From: an uncultured Acidobacteriota bacterium
GTDB lineage: Bacteria; Acidobacteriota; Thermoanaerobaculia; UBA5066; Gp7-AA6
Direction of reading: 5' to 3'
NCBI GenBank assembly: GCA_963824165.1
Contig: CAWGOM010000017.1
Location: 901,020-965,019 of the forward strand
Length of the DNA: 64,000 nucleotides
How positions within the stretch are numbered: position 1 is the stretch's first letter; every line of letters starts with the position of its first letter. The notes under the pieces were generated by a model. The model had not been told where the DNA came from. It did not search any database and was given only the letters and a program-made list of their open reading frames with translations. A program made the translations under genes and the position numbers. Below, piece by piece: positions 23,075-33,589 of this stretch.

Positions 23075-24238
23075 GTGGTCACGCTGGGCTGGGTCTCGTT
23101 TCTGACCGACGTCGCCTCGGACATGATCTATCCCCTCCTGCCCGACTTCCTCACCCGGACGCTCAAGGCCGGCCCCGCCGCGGTCGGCGTGATCGAGGGC
23201 GTCGCCGAAGGCGACCTCGTCCCTCACGAAGATGGTGTCGGGCGGTGGTCCGACCGCGCGCGCCGGCGCAAGCCGCTGATCGTCGCCGGCTACTCGATCG
23301 CCGCGCTCGTCCGGCCGCTCATCGGACTGGCGGCGAGCTGGACGCAGGTGCTCGCGATCCGTTTCACCGACCGCGTCGGCAAGGGCATCCGCACGTCACC
23401 GCGGGACGCGCTGCTCGCGGACCTGGTGCCGCCCGAGCAGGCGCGGCCGCGCCTTCGGCCTCCAGCGCGCGATGGACAACGCGGGCGCGGTCGTCGGGCC
23501 CGCTGCTCGCGGCGTTCCTCCTGAAGTTCGTCCTCGAGGACGAGCGCTCCGTCTTCCTGCTCGCGGCGATCCCGGGCCTGGCGGCCGTCGCCCTGCTCCT
23601 CTTCGCCGTGAAGGAGCCGCCGAGAGCGCCGCCGGCCGCCGCCTCGCCGCAAGCCGGCCGCCGGGCCGCTGCCGCGCCGGCTCTGGACGGCGATCGGCAT
23701 CTTCGTGCTGTTCACGCTCGCGAGCTCCACCGACGCCTTCCTGCTCCTGCGCGCGCGCGACGCCGGCATCGCGCTCTGGCAGCTGCCGCTGCTCTGGGCG
23801 TTCTTCAACGCGGTCAAGGCGGCCGGCGGCGTTCCGGGCGGCGCGCTCGCCGACCGGATCGGCCGAGTCCCGGCGATCGTCGCCGGCTGGGCGGTGTACG
23901 CGGTCTCCTACGTGGGGTTCGCCTTCGTGTCCGCCCCGGGGCGATGTGGGCCCTGCTCGGCTTCTATGCGCTCTTCTACGCGATGACCGAGGGCGCGGAA
24001 CGGGCGCTCGTCGCGGACCTCGCGCCGGCGCACCTGCGCGGAAAGGCCTTCGGCGCGTTCCACGCGGCCGTCGGGCTCGCGTCGCTGCCCGCCTCGATCC
24101 TCTTCGGCCTCTGGTGGAAGGCGTTCGGGCCGCGCGGGGCCTTCCTGATCGGCGCCGGGATCGCCGTCGCTGGCCACGGCGGCGCTCCTCGCCTTCCGGC
24201 TCGGCGGACCCGGATCGGCCGGCTGCCCGGGAGCCTGA
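23075..24238 (+). CDS. MFS transporter (at least 4 frame breaks)
   Basis: LGWVSFLTDVASDMIYPLLPDFL, RFTDRVGKGIRTSPRDALLADL, MDNAGAVVGPLLAAF, and later helices in ORFs 23705..23986 and 23038..24489. The end is inferred at TGA 24236-24238. Confidence 0.7.
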
Positions 24239-24264
24239 TAGCATTTCGGCCCGGGGGTAGCGGA

Positions 24265-24489
24265 ATGGGCCCGGTCTGGCGCCTCATCAAGGGACAGAAG
24301 GACATCTGCCACCGGTGCGGCCGGGAGATCGTGGATTTCCCCGCCGTCGGGCGCGTGGTCGACTTCCAGTTCCGCGCCGACGAGAAGTACTGCTGGGACT
24401 GCTACCGGTACCTGACGCCCTTCGTCGACGACGTCGCTCCCGTCTCCCAGGATCCCTTCCAGCCGGTCACGAAACCGGCGATTCCGTGA
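24265..24489 (+). CDS. small zinc-ribbon protein (CxxC...CxxC)
   Basis: 74 aa: MGPVWRLIKGQKDICHRCGREIV...EKYCWDCYRY. Its stop overlaps the GTG of the next gene (GTGA). Confidence 0.4.
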   Translation: MGPVWRLIKGQKDICHRCGREIVDFPAVGRVVDFQFRADEKYCWDCYRYLTPFVDDVAPVSQDPFQPVTKPAIP

Positions 24490-25622
24490 CGGACCTGCGT
24501 CTCCTCGTTTCGCCGATCCGAGCTTCTCCCCCTCGCCGAGAAGACGCTCGCGGGCGAGCGGCTCTCCTTCGAGGACGGCGTCCGGCTCTTCCAGACGCGG
24601 GACTTCCTCGGCCTCGGCCGCCTCGCCAACCACGTCCGCGAGGCGCGGCACGGCAACCTCGCCTTCTACAACGTCAACCGCTACCTGAACCCGACGAACC
24701 TCTGCTGGGTCGACTGCGCCCTGTGCGCCTGGGCCAAGAAGGTCAACGAGCCCGGCGGCTACGAGATGGCGATCGACGAGTGCGTGGCCGAGGCGGGCAA
24801 GGGCTACAGCGAGGCCGTCACGGAGTTCCACATCGTCGGCGGGCCTCCACCCGACGTGGCCCTTCGAGTACTACACGGGGCTCCTCTCCGCGCTCAAGGA
24901 GCGCTTCCCCGGCGTGCATCTGAAGGCCTGGACGATGGTCGAGCTCGACTGGATCGCGAAGGTCGGGAACCGGACGCTGCCCGACGCGATCCGGGAGCTG
25001 AAGGCCGCGGGATGGACTCCTGCCCGGGCGGAGGCGCCGAGATCTTCGCGAAGCGCGTCCGGGACATCATCTGCACCAACAAGATCTCGGGCGAGCGCTG
25101 GCTCGAGGTCGCGCGCGAGTGCCACCGGCAGGGCGTTCGGACCAACGCCACGATGCTGTACGGCCACGTGGAGACGGTCGAGGAGCGGGTGGATCATCTG
25201 CTGCGCCTGCGCGCGCTCCAGGACGAGACGGGCGGGATCCCGGGCCTGATTCCCCTGGCCTTCCACCCGAGAACACGCCGCTCGCCCACCTGCCCGCCTC
25301 GACCGGCCAGCTCGACCTGCGCGTGATCGCCGTCTCGCGGCTGCTGCTCGACAACGTCCCGCACATCAAGGCCTACTGGATCCAGATCGGGACGAAGCTC
25401 GCCCAGGTGGCGCTCTTCTTCGGCGCCGACGACCTCGTCGGCACCGTCGTCGACGAGATCATCACGCACGCGGCGGGCGCGACGACGGCCTCGGGACTGA
25501 CGCGCGCCGACTTCGAGCGCATCATCCGCGAGTCGGGCCGCGAGCCCTACGAGCGCGACTCGGAGTACCGGCGCGTCGAGCGGCGAGGGCCGCGCGCGGA
25601 GCCGGTCCCGGCGCTGGCGTGA
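24486..25622 (+). CDS. radical-SAM menaquinone (futalosine pathway) enzyme, MqnE/MqnC family (about 4 frame breaks)
   Basis: YNVNRYLNPTNLCWVDCALCAW (CxxxCxxC), TEFHIVGG, KAWTMVELDW, GGGAEIF, TNATMLYGHVE, IPLAFHPENT, DDLVGTVVDEIITHAAG. Confidence 0.75.
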
Positions 25623-26558
25623 TCCCGGGCCGCCGCCTTCGCGCCGGCGCCGGCGCGCTCGCGGCCGCCCTCTTCGCTCGCCTGCTCCAGCGGCGCCTAC
25701 GACACGAAGCCGCGCGTCGGCGTCGCCGACGGCGATCCCATCGTCCAGATGGAGAAGGCCAGACCGGGCCTCGTCGCCCCCCGTCTCGTTCCGCTCGCCC
25801 GGCACACCGACCCGCCGTTTCGCAACGAGCGGGTCCTGGGCGTCACCCTCGCCGAGCCCGCTCGGATGTATCCCGATCGGCCTGCTCGACGGGCACCCGG
25901 TCGTCGACGACGAGGCGGGCGGCGTGCCCTTCGTGGTGGTCCGCGATCCGATGACGGACCTCGCGACGCGTCCTCGACCGCCGCGTCGCCGGGCGCACGC
26001 TCACCTTCGACGACCCGGGAGCGGTCTGGCGGGGCGCCCTCGTCCTGCGGGACCGCGAGACGGGGACCTTCTGGTCGCCGGTCACCGGCAACGCGCTCGC
26101 GGGCCCGCTCGCCGGAGAGGCGCTGACCGTCCTTCCGGCGGCCGTCACGACGGCCGAGGCCTGGCGGGAGCTCTACCCGTCGACGCTGTGCCTCGAGACG
26201 GGCGAGCTGACGGCCGTGTCGCTGACGCTGCGCCTCTACGCGGCCTCGGCGACGGAGGGCGTTTCCGGCGGAAAGACGAAGGACACGCGATTCGCGCCCG
26301 AAGGAGACGGTTTTCTTCGTCGCCGGGCGGAACGAGGCGCTCGCCTTCGCCGCCGCGTACGTCCGCGAGAAGAAGTCCGTCCCGGCCGCCCTCGAGGGCG
26401 ACGCGCTGACGATCGAGTGGGACGGCGCCGTGCGCGTTCCCCGCGCCTTTCGCCAGGTCGAGGCGGCGCGCCAGGAGCTTCCCGTCGTGCCGATGTACTG
26501 GTTCGCGCTCCTGGAGCAGTTCCCTACGGTCCGGGCGCTGGGGGCCCCGGGGTCGTAG
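25619..26558 (+). CDS. DUF3179-like lipoprotein (about 4 frame breaks)
   Basis: Lipobox LFA-C. VLGVTLAEPARMYPIGLL, VVDDEAGGVPFVV, LTFDD...LVLRDRETGTFWSPVTGNALAGPLAG, AWRELYP. The TAG stop is embedded in a GTAGGGGC motif. Confidence 0.55.
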
Positions 26559-27483
26559 GGGCAGGGCTTTCCCCCGCCGCCCCCGGCTCCCCGGCTCCGT
26601 CTCCGGCGTGATCTCCTCCTCCGTGCCCACGGAGAACTTCTTGTAGTCGGAATACGCCGAGAAGATGTCGACGCGGGTGCTCGAAGACGAGAAGCGCCTT
26701 GGCCGCGCCGGTGAAACGCGCTTCGGAGGGAAGCCAGATCTCGCCGTTGACCTTGCGGCGCTGGAAGTAGGCACTCGCCCCCTTCTGCAGGCGGGCGACC
26801 CGGATCGGGCCGACGCCGAGCGTGTCGAGCAGCCGCGCCTCCAGGCGCACGAGCTGCCGGTCCTCCTCGTCGATCCAGGCCTGGCCCGAGAGCTTCTGGA
26901 TGACCTTGCCGCCCTCGGTGACGGGCTTGAACCCCGGCTTCGGCTCGAACGACAGGATGATGGTCGGCCGCCCGTCGACGACTTCGCGCCCGACGATGCG
27001 GATCTCGTCCATCCGGAAGACCTCGTCGACGACGGCCTGCTCCTCCGCCTGTTTCTGTTCTTCCTTCGCCCGGCGGCGCGCGCGCGCGGCTTCGTCTTCC
27101 TCGGCCCGCCGCCGCGCGCGCCTCTCCGTCTTCTCCTCCTGCTTGCGGTCCTGGTCGGCGAGCTCCTTGTCCGAGAGCTTGCTGCCCGTCGCGCGCGACG
27201 AGGCGGCGGTAGAGCCGCCCGGGCTCGGCCGAGGGGTAGACCTCGTAGGTCTCGACCTTCGTCTTCTTCACGGCGCCCTTCGAGTCGAGCTTCTTCTCCG
27301 TGTAGTCCTCGGTGAACGTGTACTGCTCGAGGAGCGAGTTGTCGCTCTTCAGGTTCTGCGCGCACTTCGTCGAGAAACGTCGCGCGTGTCCGGAAGCGGG
27401 GGCGCCGGGGTCTCCTGCGCGAGCGCAGCGGCCACAGAGAGCGCAAAGGACGCGGCAACAGCCGGCACCCGGGCCTTCCTCAT
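26524..27483 (-). CDS. secreted hypothetical protein (LolA-like / lipoprotein-sorting fold suspected), several frame breaks, 3' end uncertain
   Basis: Signal MRKARVPAVAASFALSVAAALA. A Lys/Glu/Arg-rich coiled segment. IVGREVVDGRPTIILSFEPKPG...GQAWIDEEDRQLVRLEARL. Confidence 0.4.
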
Positions 27484-27566
27484 CGAATTTCCGGAACAGG
27501 GAGGCAAAGGCGGGGAATTCCCGGGCGGATGAGTCAGATGCATTACGGGAAACCCGGGCGCCTGCA

Positions 27567-27572
27567 TATAAT
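27567..27572 (+). promoter_or_regulatory. perfect TATAAT -10 box 10 nt upstream of the likely sdhC start
   Basis: cctgcaTATAATtcgcacccggATG. No SD is present. This suggests a leaderless or very short-leader sdhCAB mRNA if 27583 is the true start. Confidence 0.35.
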
Positions 27573-27582
27573 TCGCACCCGG

Positions 27583-28245
27583 ATGCATCAGCCGAGCGGG
27601 TTCATCGGGTCGTCCATCGGCCGAAAGGTCGTCATGGCCGTCACCGGCGCCATCCTCTTCGGCTTCGTCCTGGTTCACATGCTCGGCAACCTGCAGGTCT
27701 ACCTGGGGCCCGAGTCGCTCAATGCCTATGGGGAGTTTCTCCGGCATCTCCTCCACGGGGCCGGGATCTGGATCTTCCGGGCCGTGCTGCTCGCCGCGGT
27801 GCTCCTGCACATCTGGTCGGCGACCTCCCTGACGCTGACGAGCCGCCGGGCGCGCCCGGTGGCGTACCGCGAGCAGAAGTGGAAGGAGTCGACCTACGCC
27901 TCCCGGACGATGCGGTGGAGCGGGGTCATCCTTTTCTTTTTCATCGTGTACCACCTGATGCATCTCACGTTGGGCAACGCGCACCCGAGCTTCATCGAGG
28001 GCGACGTCTACCACAACTTCGTCGCCGGCTTCCGGAGCGTCCCGGTCTCGTTCGTCTACATCGTCGCGATGGTCCTGCTCGGCATGCACCTGCGCCACGG
28101 CGTCTGGAGCATGTTCCAGACGCTCGGCGTCTCGCACCCCCGGTACATCGCGATGGCGAAGACGGGAGCCTGGATCTTCGCCGCCATCATCGTGCTCGGC
28201 AACATCTCGTTCCCGCTGGCCGTGCTCGCGGGGATCATCCGGTGA
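27583..28245 (+). CDS. sdhC: succinate dehydrogenase cytochrome b558 subunit (type B single anchor)
   Basis: [28 protein letters not shown] and further His-bearing helices. The ORF track starts at 27529; I prefer the ATG at 27583. Confidence 0.8.
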   Translation: MHQPSGFIGSSIGRKVVMAVTGAILFGFVLVHMLGNLQVYLGPESLNAYGEFLRHLLHGAGIWIFRAVLLAAVLLHIWSATSLTLTSRRARPVAYREQKWKESTYASRTMRWSGVILFFFIVYHLMHLTLGNAHPSFIEGDVYHNFVAGFRSVPVSFVYIVAMVLLGMHLRHGVWSMFQTLGVSHPRYIAMAKTGAWIFAAIIVLGNISFPLAVLAGIIR

Positions 28246-28258
28246 CCGGAGGCAAGCC

Positions 28259-30178
28259 GTGAAGCTCGACTCCAACGTCCCCTCCGGGCCCCTCGAGAAG
28301 CAGTGGGACAGGCACCGCTTCGAGATGAAGCTCGTCAACCCGGCGAACAAGCGCAAGTACACCGTGATCATGGTCGGCTCGGGCCTGGCGGGCGCCGGCG
28401 GCGCGGCCTCGATGGCCGAGCTCGGCTACAACGTCAAGTGCTTCTGCTACCAGGACTCGCCCCGCCGCGCGCACTCGATCGCCGCGCAGGGCGGCATCAA
28501 CGCCGCGAAGAACTACCACAACGACGGCGACAGCATTCAGCGCCTCTTCTACGACACGATCAAGGGCGGCGACTTCCGGGCGCGCGAGTCCAACGTCTAC
28601 CGGCTCGCCCAGGTCTCGGTCGACATCATCGACCAGTGCGTCGCGCTCGGGCGTGCCCTTCGCGCGCGAGTACGGCGGACTCCTCGACAACCGCTCCTTC
28701 GGCGGGGCGCAGGTCTCGCGGACCTTCTACGCCCGCGGCCAGACGGGCCAGCAGCTCCTGCTCGGCGCCTACCAGGCGCTCGAGCGCCAGGTCGGCCTGG
28801 GCTCGGTCGAGATGTACCCGCGCCACGAGATGCTGGAGCTCGTCGTCGTCGACGGCCGCGCGCGCGGCGTCGTCGTGCGCGACATGGTCACCGGGCGAGA
28901 TCCAGACCCACATGGCCGACGCCGTGTGCCTGGCGACCGGCGGCTACGGCAACGTCTTCTACCTCGCGACCTATGCGAAGGGCTGCAACGGGACCGCCAT
29001 CTGGCGCGCGTACAAGAAGGGCGCGGCCTTCGCCAACCCCTGCTTCACGCAGATCCACCCGACCTGCATCCCCGTCACGGGCGAGTACCAGTCCAAGCTG
29101 ACGCTCATGTCCGAGTCGCTCCGCAACGACGGGCGCATCTGGGTGCCCAAGGGCAAGGCCGACAAGCGCCCGCCGGGCGAGATCCCCGAAGAGGAGCGCG
29201 ACTACTACCTGGAGCGCATGTACCCGAGCTTCGGGAACCTCGCGCCGCGGGACATCTCCTCGCGCGCCGCCAAGAAGGTCTGCGACGAGGGCCGCGGCGT
29301 CGGGCCCGACGGGATTCGGCGTGTACCTCGACTTCAAGGACGCGATCGCCCGCCTCGGCAAGAACACGATCGAGGAGAAATACGGCAACCTCTTCGAGAT
29401 GTACGAGCGCATCACCGACGAGAACCCGTACGCGGTTCCGATGCGGATCTACCCCGCCAGCCACTACACGATGGGCGGCCTGTGGGTGGACTACAACCTG
29501 ATGTCGCACGATCCCGGGGCTCTTCGTCCTCGGCGAGGCGAACTTCTCCGACCACGGGGCCAACCGCCTCGGCGCCTCCGCGCTGATGCAGGGCCTGGCC
29601 GACGGATACTTCGTCATCCCTTACACGATCGGCAACTACCTCGCCCGCGAGAAGTTCGAGAAGGTCCCCGAGAGCCACCCCGAGATCGCCGCGGCCGAGG
29701 CGGCCGTGGCGGCGCGCACCAGGCGCCTGCTCGACGTCAAGGGCGGCCGGACCGTGACCTCCTTCCACCGCGAGCTCGGCAAGATCATGTGGGACCACTG
29801 CGGCATGGCTCGCGACAAGAAGGGCCTCGAGCACGCGCTCGGCAAGATCCCCGCCCTTCGCGAAGAGTTCTGGAAGAACGTGACCGTCCCGGGCTCCGGC
29901 CAGGAGCTCAACCAGTCGCTCGAGGCCGCCGGCCGCGTCGCCGACTTCCTCGAGCTCGGCGAGCTGATGTGCCTCGACGCGCTCGAGCGCGGACGAGTCC
30001 TGCGGCAGCCACTTCCGCCTCGAGCACCAGATGGCCGACGGCGAGGCGAAGCGCGAACGACAAGGACTTCTGCCACGTCGCCGCGTGGGAGTACACGGGC
30101 GACGGGGTCAAGCCCAACCGCCACGTGGAGCCGCTGACCTACGAGAACGTCGAGCTCGCCGTCCGGAGCTACAAATGA
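28259..30178 (+). CDS. sdhA: succinate dehydrogenase flavoprotein subunit (at least 5 frame breaks)
   Basis: [22 protein letters not shown] (FAD-His), [57 protein letters not shown]. Confidence 0.9.
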
Positions 30179-30959
30179 AGATCACGCTGAAGGTCTGGCG
30201 GCAGAAGGACGCGAAGGCCGAAGGCGGCTTCGTCGACCTACGCGGCGTCCGACGTCAACGAGGAGATGTCGTTTCTCGAGATGCTCGACGTCGTCAACGA
30301 GGGCCTGATCGGGAAGGGCGAGGATCCGATCGCGTTCGACCACGACTGCCGCGAGGGCATCTGCGGCACCTGCGGCGTCGTCATCAACGGCCGCGCCCAC
30401 GGCCCGCGCGCGAAGACGACGGCCTGCCAGCTCCACATGCGCAGTTTCGCCGACGGCGACGTCCTGACGATCGAGCCCTGGCGCGCCGGGGCCTTCCCGG
30501 TCCTGCGCGACCTCGTCGTCGACCGCACGCGCCTTCGACCGCATCATCGCGGCCGGCGGATTCATCTCCGCCGCGATCGGCGGCGCGCCCGACGGCAACG
30601 CGATCCCGATCCGCAAGGAGAACGCCGACCTCGCCATGGACGCCGCCGCCTGCATCGGCTGCGGCGCATGCGTCGCCGCCTGCCCGAACGCCTCGGCGAT
30701 GCTCTTCGTCTCCGCCAAGATCTCGCAGCTCGCCCTGCTGCCGCAGGGCCAGCCCGAGCGCCCCGACCGGGCGCGCAAGATGGTCGCGCAGATGGACGCC
30801 GAGGGCTTCGGCACCTGCACCAACCACGGCGAGTGCGAGGCGGCGTGCCCCAAGGGGATCCGCATGCAGTTCATCGCGATGATGAACGCCGACTACGTCA
30901 AGGCGAAGCTCACCGAGGGGCGGCGCCCGAGCGGCCTGTCCGACGGCGGGTCCGGCTAG
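30175..30959 (+). CDS. sdhB: succinate dehydrogenase iron-sulfur subunit (about 2 frame breaks)
   Basis: ATGA overlap with sdh[35 protein letters not shown] cluster motifs. Confidence 0.9.
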
Positions 30960-30990
30960 GGTCGAACGCACGGCGTCCGGGACCGCGGTC

Positions 30991-31018
30991 GGTATGGTAG
31001 TATTGCTCGGGTATGGTA
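30991..31018 (+). promoter_or_regulatory. direct repeat GGTATGGTA x2 upstream of / overlapping the vapB start (candidate RHH operator)
   Basis: GGTATGGTA at 30991-30999 and 31010-31018. Confidence 0.35.
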
Positions 31019-31294
31019 AAGATGACTTTCTCCCTGGACGAGGCCACGGCCGACCGGCTGCGGACCTCCGCCGACCGGCTCGCCCGGCCGCAGAGCGCCG
31101 TCGTCCGAGAAGCCATTCGCGAGTACGCGGAGCGTCTCGGTAATCTCGGCGAGGCCGAGCGCCGCCGCCTGCTCGCGACGTTCGACGACGTGGTGGCGAA
31201 GATTCCCCGGCGCGCGGCCTCCGCCGTCGACGCCGAGATCCGGGCCATCCGGGCCGCGCGTCGCCGCGGCGGCCGGCGCAGCGCCGGACGGTGA
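31013..31294 (+). CDS. vapB: ribbon-helix-helix (CopG-type) antitoxin
   Basis: MTFSLDEATADRLRTSADRLARPQSAVVREAIREYAE is an RHH N-terminus. Alternative ATG at 31022. Overlaps the PIN gene (GTGA). Confidence 0.75.
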   Translation: MVKMTFSLDEATADRLRTSADRLARPQSAVVREAIREYAERLGNLGEAERRRLLATFDDVVAKIPRRAASAVDAEIRAIRAARRRGGRRSAGR

Positions 31295-31665
31295 TCCACC
31301 TCGACACCTCGGTTCTCGTCGACGCGCTCTCGGGGCCCCTCCGATCCGCCCCGGCGCTGCGCGCAGCGATCGCCGCCGGCGAGCGCATCGAGATTTCGAG
31401 CCTCGTCCTCTACGAGTGGCTTCGTGGCCCCCGGCGTCCCGAAGAGGTCGCCGCGCAGGAGGCGCTCCTTCCTCGCGCGGCGGCCGCCCCCTTCGGCAGC
31501 CCGGAAGCGCGCGTCGCGGCGGAGCTCTACCGGGCGGTCGCGCGTCCGCGCGGACGGGAGATCGATCTGGCGATCGCGGCCTGCGCCATCGTGCGGGGCG
31601 CCCGCCTCTGGACCCTGAACGCCGGGGACTTCCGGGGCGTGCCGCGCCTCCAGCTCTACTCCTAG
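31291..31665 (+). CDS. vapC: PIN-domain ribonuclease toxin
   Basis: IHLDTSVLVD (first acidic residue), SSLVLYEW, DLAIAACAIVRGARLWTLNAGDF. Intact 124 aa. Confidence 0.8.
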   Translation: MIHLDTSVLVDALSGPLRSAPALRAAIAAGERIEISSLVLYEWLRGPRRPEEVAAQEALLPRAAAAPFGSPEARVAAELYRAVARPRGREIDLAIAACAIVRGARLWTLNAGDFRGVPRLQLYS

Positions 31666-31693
31666 CGCGCGCCGGATCGGATAGCATTCGGCC

Positions 31694-33105
<1,412 letters not shown>

Positions 33106-33107
33106 GC

Positions 33108-33581
33108 GTGCCCGAGCCCGTCCCGGTCTTCTCCTCCCTCCACGTCGACTTTCTCCTGCTCGCTTCGGCCCGGCTCGCCCTCGCCGCCCTGCTCGGCGCT
33201 CTCCTCGGCATCCAGCGGGAGCGCGTCCACAGCGCGGCCGGACTGCGCACGCACATCCTCGTCGCGGTCGGAGCGGCGCTGATCGTCCTCTCGGGAATCC
33301 AGTCGGGCTTCGCGCACGACGCGTCGAGCCGGGTGATCCAGGGAATCGTCGCGGGCATCGGGTTTCTCGGCGCCGGAACGATCCTCAAGATCGGCGAGCG
33401 CGTCGAGGTGCTCGGACTGACGACGGCGGCGAGCATCTGGATGACGGCGGCCGTCGGCGTCGCCGCGGGCCTCGGCCACCTCTGGCTCTCCGGGGTCGCG
33501 ACGGTGATCGGCTGGCTCGTCCTGGGGCCGTTGAAGCGGCTCGAGAAGCGCCAGCCGGGCGAGGGTCCGCCGCGGGGCTGA
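33108..33581 (+). CDS. MgtC/SapB family membrane protein (reads in frame with the fumC tail in this sequence)
   Basis: [17 protein letters not shown]...[17 protein letters not shown]...[15 protein letters not shown]...[19 protein letters not shown]. Possible GVG start at 33108 (GTG). Confidence 0.7.
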   Translation: MPEPVPVFSSLHVDFLLLASARLALAALLGALLGIQRERVHSAAGLRTHILVAVGAALIVLSGIQSGFAHDASSRVIQGIVAGIGFLGAGTILKIGERVEVLGLTTAASIWMTAAVGVAAGLGHLWLSGVATVIGWLVLGPLKRLEKRQPGEGPPRG

Positions 33582-33589
33582 CGCCGCCC

